From Candidatus Levyibacteriota bacterium (GTDB taxonomy: Bacteria; Patescibacteriota; Microgenomatia; Levybacterales; UBA12049), in contig JAYRIM010000021.1 in the NCBI GenBank assembly GCA_041906785.1, positions 17,881 through 81,880 on the forward strand: a DNA stretch of 64,000 bases. Reading direction: 5' to 3'. Shown piece by piece: positions 1-8,702 of the stretch (positions are counted from its first letter, which is position 1; each line of letters begins with the position of its first letter). The notes under the pieces were generated by a model. That model had not been told where the DNA came from. It was given only the letters and a program-made list of their open reading frames with translations, and did not search any database. The position numbers and the translations under genes are program-made.

Positions 1-439
1 CCCAGCTCATTGGGATGAAATAGGGAAAGTTGTCGCATTAAGAGATTCGCTTAAAAAAGATACTGTTGTAATTGGTAATGGCGATATTAAATCTATTTCT
101 GAAGGAAAAAAGAAAGCAGAAGAATACGGTGTAGATGGCATTATGATAGGAAGAGGAATATTCGAGAATATCTGGGTGTTTAAAGAAGATTATGATCCTG
201 CACTTTACACACTGAAAGACAGATTAGAAGTTTTACAGAAACATCTTTCCCTCTATGAAAAAGAAACGCACAATAGATTGCCTTACCAAACATTGAAAAA
301 ATATTTTAAGATTTATATTCGAGATTTTGATGGGGCAAGTGAGTTGCGAGTAAAACTTATGGAAACGAATTCATTAGAAGAGGTATTTCCATTACTTCAT
401 CCACAGTTGGGAAGTTTATCTATGTTGAATGGGGAATGA
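1..439 (+). CDS. dus: tRNA-dihydrouridine synthase, C-terminal fragment (5' end outside window)
   Basis: In-frame translation from window start ...GNGDIKSISEGKKKAEEYGVDGIMIGRGIFENIW... matches the conserved Dus C-terminal GxMIGRG region and helical tail; stop at 437-439. Confidence 0.55.
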   Translation, partial: PAHWDEIGKVVALRDSLKKDTVVIGNGDIKSISEGKKKAEEYGVDGIMIGRGIFENIWVFKEDYDPALYTLKDRLEVLQKHLSLYEKETHNRLPYQTLKKYFKIYIRDFDGASELRVKLMETNSLEEVFPLLHPQLGSLSMLNGE

Positions 440-655
440 AGGTGTGTTTTGTTGGTCTTTCTCTTCGTCTATTGTATAGGAATATTCGAGGTCATTTTCT
501 TTTGAGTGGAGGCGAATTGTGGAGGGTTTTATATGAGGAATATTCTTTTCATGGAACCACAACGCTTCACAAGCTTCACATAGGTAAGCTTTTTTCCCGG
601 TATCTAAAAACCGGATTTTCTTAATTTGTCCTTCACCACATTTTGGACATACCAT
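416..655 (-). CDS. small zinc-ribbon protein (CPKCG...CEAC), hypothetical
   Basis: 79-aa ORF with two CxxC pairs; overlaps dus stop by 24 nt; no recognisable family. Confidence 0.3.
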   Translation of the reverse strand: MVCPKCGEGQIKKIRFLDTGKKAYLCEACEALWFHEKNIPHIKPSTIRLHSKENDLEYSYTIDEEKDQQNTPSFPIQHR

Positions 656-708
656 CTTTATTAGCTTATAGCGGAGAAGATTTGATTTCAGTGATATGTA
701 TCACATAT

Positions 709-1563
709 TTATTTTATACTTTTTTTAAACATTATGAAGCTTGTGAGAATGATAAGTAGTAAGAGTATTATTCCTGCATAAAAACCGGCATTTTGTTGAG
801 ATGTTTTATTTCTAACTATATTAGAAGCATTTTCATCATTTCTCAGCGGGACTGCAGCATAAGAGTAATATCCTTTCGTATCTTTCACACGTAAGACGAC
901 GGTTGCAAAAAATTGATCCTTAAAAGTGTGGTTTACTACGGAGCCTTTTTCTGTTTTACCATCCCCAAAACTCCAAAGATATTCAGTAATAGAAGCATTT
1001 GGTGTTGATTTCGTTCCGTCAAGTGTGACTGGATAAGTAAATGATACATTCTGAATATCTGTCGTCTTCTTTACAACTTTTCCGTTAACAGAAATAAGCG
1101 CTTTCGGAAACGCTTCGTCTGTTTTCTGAGGAACAATAGTTATAAATACAGATTCTTCAACTTTAATTGTTTCCTGATTCTCATCTTTATACACAACAGT
1201 AGCGTATGTAATATACGAACCACTGTTCTTAAACTTGTGAATCGGTGCGGATTCTTTCGAATCTGTTCCATCTCCAAAATTCCAAAGTACTGATATATCG
1301 TCGAGTTTATCTTCTGGCACTAATGATTCCAGACTTTCAGTATTAATTTCAAATTGTATTGGAGTATTCACAAGTATTGGTGTTTTTACTTCTTCTGAAG
1401 GAAGAGGGAAGCCTACTGTGGAATCATCTTCAATCTCTATGGGAAAAGCTGAAGCAGGCTGTTTATTAATAAAAAAGAAAGGTTCATGAGCAGTTCCATG
1501 AGCGAGGCTTAAGCTTGGAAAAAATAGAATTACACTTATGATAAAAAAGATAATTTTTGCCAT
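709..1563 (-). CDS. secreted/membrane-anchored PKD-repeat protein
   Basis: N-terminal signal peptide, two WxFGDG(T/K) PKD-like motifs, C-terminal hydrophobic anchor. Confidence 0.55.
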   Translation of the reverse strand: MAKIIFFIISVILFFPSLSLAHGTAHEPFFFINKQPASAFPIEIEDDSTVGFPLPSEEVKTPILVNTPIQFEINTESLESLVPEDKLDDISVLWNFGDGTDSKESAPIHKFKNSGSYITYATVVYKDENQETIKVEESVFITIVPQKTDEAFPKALISVNGKVVKKTTDIQNVSFTYPVTLDGTKSTPNASITEYLWSFGDGKTEKGSVVNHTFKDQFFATVVLRVKDTKGYYSYAAVPLRNDENASNIVRNKTSQQNAGFYAGIILLLLIILTSFIMFKKSIK

Positions 1564-1669
1564 TATTGTATATAATATGCAATTTTATCATATCTCCTTT
1601 ATTAAAAAACTGGTGATTTATCAGTTCTGAATCAAGAAGTTTAGAAAATAAATGACCATTTTCCTATGG

Positions 1670-1684
1670 GACTTGACAAGTCCT
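1670..1684. promoter_or_regulatory. perfect 7-1-7 inverted repeat GGACTTGaCAAGTCC containing TTGACA; candidate operator/-35 in divergent intergenic region
   Basis: Palindrome read directly; lies ~480 nt upstream of GC-rich ORF start 2162 and ~110 nt upstream of minus-strand PKD gene start. Confidence 0.25.
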
Positions 1685-1825
1685 GTAGTATATGATAAAC
1701 AGAGATTAGTTTCTAATTTCGCTAGACTAATTCGCTGTCTTTCCCGAATAGGAAACATGTTGCTCTTTAACAATAGAGTGGCATGAGAGGAGCGTTTGGA
1801 TCTAGTACCGCTGTGGCTTTTTTCT

Positions 1826-2075
1826 GGGAAGCGGGTTGAAGCATTTATTGAAGTTGCATAGTTCAGGAGTAATCTGAACAGGTGCAACTTTTTTTTAAGA
1901 ACTTCAATTCGCTTCCCAGAATCCGGAGAGATCTCTGGTGAAGCACAAAGTCCTTCCTCGCGATTGAGCGAGGAAAGGTCCGGTATCGATCCGGTCTTAC
2001 TGCTAGTCAACCTTCCTGGAGAAGGGCCGTCAAGGCCGCCAGAAAGAGGCAGTATGGCTTCCTACGCTCCCTGAC
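1826..2075 (+). ncRNA. highly structured non-coding region (93-nt nested hairpin 1826-1918 GGGAAGCG..CGCTTCCC, followed by several 4-12 bp hairpins); candidate sRNA or structured 5' leader
   Basis: Multiple perfect/near-perfect stems seen; the only ORF here (1621..2010 minus) is low-complexity and implausible. Confidence 0.25.
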
Positions 2076-2161
2076 GTTTGGGAGAGGATCGAAATCGGTC
2101 TATCGAAACGTCTTTTTTCTTCATCGGGGGTACTGCCCCCACCCGCCCCAAGGAGGCACCC

Positions 2162-2971
2162 ATGTTCGCGCGACGCATAATGTTCGCCTTGCCGGTCATT
2201 CTGGCCGGCTTACTTGTTGCAGCCAGTATGGTTGCGACCGGAGCGCCGCCCGCCTCGGCGCAGGAACCGTCTACGGACGAACTCGTCCTCAGCTTGTCAG
2301 CCGACGAGGTTCTCGGCTACATGAGCCAGCCCGGGTGGGTTGGCGACGTCGAGGCTGTCAAGACCTCGCTTAGGCAGTCGAAGGCTGAGTCTACGGCCGT
2401 AAGCTGTTCGGAGCGTCCCAGTTTCTCTTACATCGCATTGGCTGTTGGCCCTGGTCCTGTCGTTGGAGGTCGCAAGTCCGTCATGACTGTGCGGACGTTC
2501 CGCAACCCGGATCCCAGCCTGGAGCACAGGTGGGGACCAGGTTTTGGTGGAGACTATTCGCTGACCACCAACTGCATGCAGGCGGACAATCTGGTTTCGG
2601 CTCGCTTCGTCACTGACGAAAACATGCGTGGGTCGTTCACGGCTACGTATGGGCTATATGTTCACACCACCAACCAAGCGGCGGTCGGACCGGTTACTGT
2701 TAACTACACGTATCCGTTCCAGCCTGCCGCGACGGCGACGAGCTTGCCCTACCCCGCGCCGTCACGCACGCCCGAGGCGTATCCCACCCCAACCGCCACG
2801 GTCACCCGTGGCTTCAGCGGTCAGGTGAGCACCCAGCACACCTGCCGGCAAGGTAACCCTGTACTTCGCGAAGGCATCGCGCATCCCGCGCCGTTACCCA
2901 CAGGCTTCCGGCTCTTGTGCGTCGGGCTTAACGACGCCTACCCGGTTTTCCAGCCGGTTCAGCCGCACTAA
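2162..2971 (+). CDS. GC-rich (about 62% GC) secreted protein of unknown function with Pro/Thr-rich C-terminal region; probable horizontally acquired gene
   Basis: AAGGAGG Shine-Dalgarno 7 nt upstream of ATG 2162; signal peptide MFARRIMFALPVILAGLLVAASMVATGAPPASA; strong GC3 codon bias in this frame; alternative-frame ORFs are Arg-rich as expected for off-frame GC-rich coding. Confidence 0.5.
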   Translation: MFARRIMFALPVILAGLLVAASMVATGAPPASAQEPSTDELVLSLSADEVLGYMSQPGWVGDVEAVKTSLRQSKAESTAVSCSERPSFSYIALAVGPGPVVGGRKSVMTVRTFRNPDPSLEHRWGPGFGGDYSLTTNCMQADNLVSARFVTDENMRGSFTATYGLYVHTTNQAAVGPVTVNYTYPFQPAATATSLPYPAPSRTPEAYPTPTATVTRGFSGQVSTQHTCRQGNPVLREGIAHPAPLPTGFRLLCVGLNDAYPVFQPVQPH

Positions 2972-3025
2972 CCGTGGTGGCATTCCCGGACTGTGATTGT
3001 CCAAAAACCGGGACCATGAGGTTCC

Positions 3026-3084
3026 CTGCCCCCGGCCGCGCAAAACGCGGCGAGACAAGCCCGCGCCAGGTGGCCGGGGGGCAG
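3026..3084 (+). terminator. long GC-rich hairpin (CTGCCCCCGGCC...GGCCGGGGGGCAG) without U-tract, downstream of GC-rich ORF
   Basis: 12-bp outer stem seen in sequence; resembles high-GC-organism intrinsic terminators lacking a T run. Confidence 0.35.
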
Positions 3085-3456
3085 GCCCTTGGGTCTGAGA
3101 AAGAAAGAAACACATGAAGGCGTTTCAAAAAACAAAAAGAACATGCTCCAAGCGACGGAAAACCCGTACTCTTGGAGGTGCCCAAATAAACTCATGCCAC
3201 TCTCTGATTCTGTATTCTTGAATTACCTATTATTGTCATGCTGAACTTGTTTCAGCATCTCAATTGTTAGTGGTGGGATCTTGAAACCTACCTATGTCAA
3301 GCAGGCGAGCTCCTTTGCAACGCTGAGTCCGCAAGTTCGGGATGACAAATATTCGAGGATAGAGAGTTGGAGATTGACTATTATATATTGTACTTATTTC
3401 TTGTTCAGTGATTGTAATCATTTTCTACTTAGTTTACTATATTTATATACTTAAAC

Positions 3457-4863
3457 ATGCCATTAAAACCTCTACAAGTAAATACGCTTCCTGATTCCCC
3501 TTCACTAAAAAAAATAATTGGTCCCAGTTTTATCATCTTAGCTTTAGGTTTAGGTAGCGGAGAAGTTATCCTTTGGCCGTACCTGAGTTCAAATTATGGG
3601 TTAGGTATTATTTGGGGAGCGCTTCTAGGGTTAACATTTCAGTTCTTTATGAACATGGAAATAGAGCGCTATGCACTCGCGCATGGAGAAAGTGTATTCG
3701 TAGGTTTAGCAAGAAAAATACGTTTGGTTTCTTTCTGGTTTCTTTTTTCTACATTTATCCCCTGGATGTGGCCAGGCATCATAGCGTCATCTGCTAAATT
3801 CTTCGGTACGGTATTCGGATTGACGGATACAAACATACTCACTATTTTTTTATTAATATTTATTGGTACCATTCTATCGCTTGGGCCTGTCCTGTATAAG
3901 ACTGTCGAACGATTACAAAAAACAATTATTTCAATCGGCGTCCCCTCAATATTTTTATTAAGTATTTTTCTGGCTAAACCTGAAGATTGGACTACATTAG
4001 CAAAAGGTTCAATCGGTATAGGTAAAGATTTTCTATTTTTACCTGAAGGCATCGCAATTGCCTCATTTCTGGGAGCCTTAGCATATGCAGGAGCAGGAGG
4101 GAATTTAAATCTCGCACAGTCTTTCTACATTAAGGAAAAAGGATATGGAATGGGAAAATATGCAGGTAGAATCACGAGTTTATTAACAGGTAAAAACGAA
4201 GATGTTTCTTTAACTGGTAGTAGATTTGAACCCACTGAAGACAATCTTAAAAAATTTAAAATGTGGTGGAAAAATATTAATATTGAACACTTTGTCGTTT
4301 TTTGGGTAACAGGATCAATAACCATTCTTTTACTAGCATTACTCGCATATGCAACTGTCTTTGGGGATCCTGGAAATACTCAAGGAGTCAGCTTCGTCAT
4401 TCGTGAAGCACAAACAATTGGCGAACGAACCCTACCATTTGTAGGAACATTTTTCCTTCTCGTAGTTGGGACAACACTTTTCGGCACACAACTTGGTGTC
4501 TTTGATGCGACAAGCCGTATATTATCTGAAAATCTTATATTAGCGTCCTTCCACAGATTGAGCGAAAAACATTTAAGGAAGCTTTATTATATAGTTTTAT
4601 GGGCACAAATAGCAGCTGGAATAACAATCATGTTATTAGGATTTACGGAACCACTTCAGCTAGTCATTACTGCGGCTGTATTAAATGCATTTGCCATGTT
4701 TGTGCACACCGGCTTAACACTCTGGTTAAATTTTACATCTTTGCAAAAACCGATTAGGCCTTCACTGTTTCGTGTAACTTTCATGGTTTTAGCATTTCTA
4801 TTTTACGGAGGTTTTAGTATCTACACATTCTACGATCGTTTCTTAGCTACTTTTTTGAAATAA
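3457..4863 (+). CDS. Nramp-related divalent cation transporter-like membrane protein
   Basis: 11-12 predicted TM segments; N-terminal GPSFIILALGLGSGEV and LLGLTFQFFMNMEIERYALAHG resemble the Nramp/MntH first two TM consensus (GPGFL..DPGN / LLLQRLAARLG) with DPGN replaced. Confidence 0.4.
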   Translation: MPLKPLQVNTLPDSPSLKKIIGPSFIILALGLGSGEVILWPYLSSNYGLGIIWGALLGLTFQFFMNMEIERYALAHGESVFVGLARKIRLVSFWFLFSTFIPWMWPGIIASSAKFFGTVFGLTDTNILTIFLLIFIGTILSLGPVLYKTVERLQKTIISIGVPSIFLLSIFLAKPEDWTTLAKGSIGIGKDFLFLPEGIAIASFLGALAYAGAGGNLNLAQSFYIKEKGYGMGKYAGRITSLLTGKNEDVSLTGSRFEPTEDNLKKFKMWWKNINIEHFVVFWVTGSITILLLALLAYATVFGDPGNTQGVSFVIREAQTIGERTLPFVGTFFLLVVGTTLFGTQLGVFDATSRILSENLILASFHRLSEKHLRKLYYIVLWAQIAAGITIMLLGFTEPLQLVITAAVLNAFAMFVHTGLTLWLNFTSLQKPIRPSLFRVTFMVLAFLFYGGFSIYTFYDRFLATFLK

Positions 4864-4945
4864 GGTCTTCGATTGGGAGTAATTTACTTTTGTTGTATTC
4901 AAATCTGCGATTCGATATAATATCAACGTCCTTTTTCGCATACTC

Positions 4946-5020
4946 GGCCCCATCGTCTAGTGGCCTAGGACGCAGGGCTTTCATCCCTGAAATCGCGGGT
5001 TCGACTCCCGCTGGGGTCAC
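4946..5020 (+). tRNA. tRNA-Glu (anticodon UUC)
   Basis: Cloverleaf: acceptor GGCCCCA/TGGGGTC, D arm GTCTAGTGGCCTAGGAC, anticodon loop CTTTCAT, T arm CGGGTTCGACTCCCG; close to canonical bacterial tRNA-Glu. Confidence 0.85.
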
Positions 5021-5046
5021 TTCGGTAAGTGTAACATTCCACAGTA

Positions 5047-6108
5047 TTATTTCCTTCTGGTGTAAATATTTACAGCTCGAGATTTATCTTGTACATGGAC
5101 ATCCATTTCTCTCCAAATTCTCGGTGAGACCAATTCAGAATCTACAGCATGAACAGTAGGACGTCGAAAATCTCTATTCACTATTGTTAGAGTATCCTCA
5201 GGATGTAACTGTTTAGTTACCAATGTTCCTGTAGCACTCCGGTACGGTAAATGAGCTTTTTGTAAAGCTACCCCCCATGCTACATCGACCGTAAGTCCAG
5301 CAGCTAAACCTCGTGCAGAAATGTCTGGATTACCTGGTGCAATCATAAGCATTGTATCCTGAGACTGATCAGGTGATAATAATAACTTCGTCCATTGAGT
5401 AAATGGTGCTTTGTTGAGCGAAACCTCCGCCGCGATTATTTCCTCATCTCTATAGAATATTTCTACTGGATGAATCTTATCTCGTAAATCCGCTGCAGCG
5501 TATCCTACTGCGAGAGGACTTCGTAATATAGGATGAATCTTTCCTCGTAACATTTCAACCTTTCTTAAGGCCTCGGTAGACATTCCTCTTGATGGGGTTA
5601 AAAGCCATGAAAATAAACCTACTTTCCCCATGCTTTCGGTTTGAAATGTTCCTGGATGGATTGTTTTAATGTGGAGAGCACCTCTGACAGCGTCCTGAAG
5701 TGTTCTCGTGACGTAGGCCTTTCCTGTTTCATAGGGTAGGTTTGATTTCCCTTGAGCCCAGTGAGAAAGTGCTTGGGTATGATCTCGATCGCCAATTGTC
5801 ATTCTTCCACCTACACCTTCACCACCAAAATGTAAAAAACCCAGGACAGGCGTTTTCCCATTTATCTGTGCCAATAAATTCGCAGTATGAAATTTAGATC
5901 CATCACCAGCAAGAACGAAAAGATCATCTATTCCTGCAAGAACACCTTCATGGCCATCTTTTAATGCTTCCCATAATGTCCGAATGTCCATTGTTTCAAT
6001 ATGTGTTCCTTCTACTCCTTGTTTCTTAACTTGTTCTGCAGTTTTTTTCGCGAGGCCGTTTCCAGAGTGAACATTATGAGCTAGTAGAATCTCTCTTTCT
6101 GAAGACAT
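5047..6108 (-). CDS. hypothetical enzyme-like protein (soluble, Gly-rich motifs FGGEGVGGR and MIAPGNPDISARGLAAGL); family not recognised
   Basis: 353-aa ORF; weak by-eye resemblance to CobT-like phosphoribosyltransferase motifs, not conclusive. Confidence 0.35.
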   Translation of the reverse strand: MSSEREILLAHNVHSGNGLAKKTAEQVKKQGVEGTHIETMDIRTLWEALKDGHEGVLAGIDDLFVLAGDGSKFHTANLLAQINGKTPVLGFLHFGGEGVGGRMTIGDRDHTQALSHWAQGKSNLPYETGKAYVTRTLQDAVRGALHIKTIHPGTFQTESMGKVGLFSWLLTPSRGMSTEALRKVEMLRGKIHPILRSPLAVGYAAADLRDKIHPVEIFYRDEEIIAAEVSLNKAPFTQWTKLLLSPDQSQDTMLMIAPGNPDISARGLAAGLTVDVAWGVALQKAHLPYRSATGTLVTKQLHPEDTLTIVNRDFRRPTVHAVDSELVSPRIWREMDVHVQDKSRAVNIYTRRK

Positions 6109-6135
6109 GAAATGTTATTTTCTATTATACTAGAT

Positions 6136-6840
6136 TTACTCTCTTTTCTTCGGGGGATTGAGTTGTTTGGGGTGGTTTTGCTGCAATCCTTTTCGTAACG
6201 ATTCGAGAATAATCCGAGCAGTTTCTTGGCCACCGAGACCGAATGCGATGCCTCCGGCAAGCGCAATCATAGCGACAAATCCAGTAAATAGTATTCGGAT
6301 AAGATCCTGGGCTACGCCGAGCTGGTTTAATACTGCTAGCAGCACGAAAATAGTAATAGCACCTCTCGTAAGAGAAGCAATTGTTTGAGAGGCATCAGGT
6401 ACAAGATCTTTTGATGAAGCTAAAATCAAATCATATGCTATTTTTCCAGCGCCTAATCCCACGAAACCGACGAGGGCTGCAACAAAGACATTTGGTAAAT
6501 AAAGAAGAAAAGAATTAAGAATAACTGTTACTTGGCGTAATCCCCAGACATCTGCAGCTGGTATCAGGAAAAGGACGATCACAAATAACCGTGCCATTTC
6601 TGAGAGAATATTCGTCCATGAATATTCTCTTCTGGCTTCTGGTATACCATACCGGCGTAGATACCCTTCTACGTTTAAAGAAGCAAAAACTCGTAAAAAA
6701 ACTCTTTTTACGATTGATCCCAGAATAATACCGATAAGGAGAATAACGATTCCTGCTAAAAGAGTAGGGAGAAAAGCTGCGATAGCCAGTAAGGTACGGT
6801 TAAAAAAGTTTATTAAAATATCACTCAAATTCCCGCTCAT
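6136..6840 (-). CDS. membrane protein with two conserved-TM-helix repeats (MscS N-terminal-type TM_helix-like)
   Basis: Two similar hydrophobic repeats LAGIVILLIGIILGSIVKRVF / ITIFVLLAVLNQLGVAQDLIRILF. Confidence 0.4.
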   Translation of the reverse strand: MSGNLSDILINFFNRTLLAIAAFLPTLLAGIVILLIGIILGSIVKRVFLRVFASLNVEGYLRRYGIPEARREYSWTNILSEMARLFVIVLFLIPAADVWGLRQVTVILNSFLLYLPNVFVAALVGFVGLGAGKIAYDLILASSKDLVPDASQTIASLTRGAITIFVLLAVLNQLGVAQDLIRILFTGFVAMIALAGGIAFGLGGQETARIILESLRKGLQQNHPKQLNPPKKRE

Positions 6841-7032
6841 AAACTATTATTATAAGGAAGAATTATAAGAAATATGTAAAAGAAGAGATTAGTGAGCTCG
6901 ATGTTGAAGAGTTCGAACTCTCCTGAAGAACTTGTTTCGGAATACCGAAAGCTTCACGTTCTTCTACATCTGATAGTTTGTCCCAAATCAGGACTTAAAT
7001 GCAAATTTTTCTTCAGATATCTTAATTCAGTA

Positions 7033-7728
7033 TTAAACGCTACGTTTTTTTATGACCCTGAGTAACTCGCGATAATCGTCACTCATAACTACCTCAATGT
7101 ATTCTCTTTGTTGAACGACGGTTTGAATATCAACTTTTTTTAGCATTCCAAAATCTCTTATGTCATGTTTCTCTCTTTCCTCCGGAGTTAACTGTTGATT
7201 TCTATATATTTCAATTCCTGGACTGACTATTCGGTTTTTTTCCAGCGTTGAAAAAATCCTCTCAGCCTCACTATCTTTGTCAGACAAGTACTGATATCTT
7301 GCTTTTGTTTGAGAGACAAGATAGGAGAAAATAAAAATGATTGTAGAAAAAAATAAAATGTAAATTATCGCTTGAGCCAGCGAATTCTCAGCTGTAAAGA
7401 ACAAGTAGAATAGTAAGACTGTTGACGATAGTAGAATCCAAATGATTTTTGTGGCACCAATTATAAATCGCGGTGCTGTATAATTATCAACTTTTTTCGA
7501 ACCAATCCGCCATTCTAAATATGGGTAAAAGGCAAACACAGTCCAGCTAATTGCAAAACCAAGTGTAACGGCAACAACTGAAGCTGGTACTGCTATTTTA
7601 CTGTCAATAAAGTACGAGTCAATTTCCCCCAACGGGAACAATGGAGTCAGTACAGCGATAAAAGATACTATCAACCCTAATGTTGATAATACTGGCTTAA
7701 AAAATGAGTCCTCCTTAATACTCGACAT
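7033..7728 (-). CDS. hypothetical integral membrane protein
   Basis: 4-5 TM segments N-terminal, charged C-terminal domain. Confidence 0.4.
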   Translation of the reverse strand: MSSIKEDSFFKPVLSTLGLIVSFIAVLTPLFPLGEIDSYFIDSKIAVPASVVAVTLGFAISWTVFAFYPYLEWRIGSKKVDNYTAPRFIIGATKIIWILLSSTVLLFYLFFTAENSLAQAIIYILFFSTIIFIFSYLVSQTKARYQYLSDKDSEAERIFSTLEKNRIVSPGIEIYRNQQLTPEEREKHDIRDFGMLKKVDIQTVVQQREYIEVVMSDDYRELLRVIKKRSV

Positions 7729-7786
7729 GATTAGTAAATCATTGGGGTAGGAGATGTGTTAACTGATATTCATTCACTTAACTTTG

Positions 7787-7858
7787 TGAGCCGGACAGGA
7801 TTCGAACCTGTGACCAAGAGCTTAAAAGGCTCCTGCTCTACCGCTGAGCTACCGGCCC
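7787..7858 (-). tRNA. tRNA-Lys (anticodon UUU)
   Basis: Reverse complement GGGCCGGTAGCTCAGCGGTAGAGCAGGAGCCTTTTAAGCTCTTGGTCACAGGTTCGAATCCTGTCCGGCTCA folds as canonical cloverleaf; loop CTTTTAA. Confidence 0.85.
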
Positions 7859-7922
7859 AATGAACAAAGGTATTATAACAATTCCGAACCAACGTTGACA
7901 ACAATGGTATACAATTACTTAG

Positions 7923-8694
7923 TTGTACACATCCGGTGTGTACTAGATAGACACCTCAGGAAATGATATTGTAGAGTTATGCCCTATCGTCAAATGCCTT
8001 TTGTTTCTGGAGAAATATATCATGTTTATAATAGGAGTATAGCTCGTCTACCAATTTTTAATAGAAAAAATGATTATATTCGTATACTCGACTTATTAAT
8101 GTACTATCGTTATTTAGAACTTCCTCTTAGATTTTCACATTTTAATAGATTATCTGAAGAAAGAAAAAGGCAGTACGAAGAGATTTATTTTACAAATAAA
8201 AAAAAATCGATTGATATACTTGCTTATGCTATTATGCCGAACCATCTTCATTTTCTTTTAAAGCCATATACTTTTAGTGCGATTTCAAATTTTATGCGAA
8301 ATATACAAAACGGATATGCTAAATATTACAATATAAAAAATGATAGAACAGGATCTCTTTTTCAATTCATGTTTAAGGCAAAAAGAATAGAAACAGAAGA
8401 ACAACTTATTCACGTTTCAAGATATATACATTTGAATCCCGTGACTGCATTCATTATAAATATTGATCAACTAGGTGACTATATGTGGAACTCATTTAAA
8501 GACTACCTTGAAGAATCTTCATCACTTGTGACTACTCAACAGATTCTAAATTTATTCTCTTCAAAGGAACAATATAAGAATTTTGTATATGATCAAGTTG
8601 ATTACCAACGAGAATTAGATAAGATAAAGCATTTGCTATATGAATAATCCTTATGTGTCTATGTTGTACAAACCCGATGTGGGTTTTAGTGGGT
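7923..8694 (+). mobile_element. IS200/RAYT-like unit: HUH-Y1 transposase gene flanked by inverted copies of a ~40-nt hairpin (REP-like) element
   Basis: 5' flank 7923-7957 TTGTACACATCCGGTGTGTACTAGATAGACACCTC is the reverse-complement orientation of 3' flank 8653-8694 ATGTGTCTATGTTGTACAAACCCGATGTGGGTTTTAGTGGGT. Confidence 0.55.
7979..8647 (+). CDS. IS200-like / REP-associated tyrosine transposase (HUH-Y1 family)
   Basis: Motifs EIYHVYNRSIARLPIF (YHVxxR), AYAIMPNHLHFLL (HUH), SRYIHLNPV (catalytic Tyr); 222 aa. Confidence 0.7.
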   Translation: MPYRQMPFVSGEIYHVYNRSIARLPIFNRKNDYIRILDLLMYYRYLELPLRFSHFNRLSEERKRQYEEIYFTNKKKSIDILAYAIMPNHLHFLLKPYTFSAISNFMRNIQNGYAKYYNIKNDRTGSLFQFMFKAKRIETEEQLIHVSRYIHLNPVTAFIINIDQLGDYMWNSFKDYLEESSSLVTTQQILNLFSSKEQYKNFVYDQVDYQRELDKIKHLLYE

Positions 8695-8702
8695 ATTATG
8701 AT

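Noticed and set aside
1955-1990. GAGGAAAGGTCCGG resembling the universal RNase P RNA P4 5' strand (GAGGAAAGUCCGG)
   Set aside because: Its complement lies immediately adjacent, forming a local hairpin rather than the long-range P4 pseudoknot. No AGGGUGAAA / ACAGAAnCCGGCUUA partner motifs are found nearby.
1621-2010. 129-aa minus-strand ORF
   Set aside because: Low-complexity translation spanning a hairpin-dense non-coding region; no RBS; antisense to the structured elements.
2000-3100. Assembly chimera or contamination as the explanation for the GC-rich islets
   Set aside because: Each islet is only about 0.6-1.1 kb and is flanked on both sides by typical AT-rich sequence of this genome with continuous gene order. 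Chimeric joins would normally not produce two clean junctions. It still needs read-level confirmation.
4890-5159. 89-aa ORF
   Set aside because: It overlaps and reads through tRNA-Glu; the tRNA explains the sequence.
5047-6108. Assignment of the 353-aa protein to archaeal-type phosphoglycerate mutase (ApgM) or CobT
   Set aside because: The expected ApgM motifs (DGxGD, GSDxAHL, DHSTP) are absent, and the CobT-like similarity is patchy. Left as an uncharacterised enzyme-like protein.
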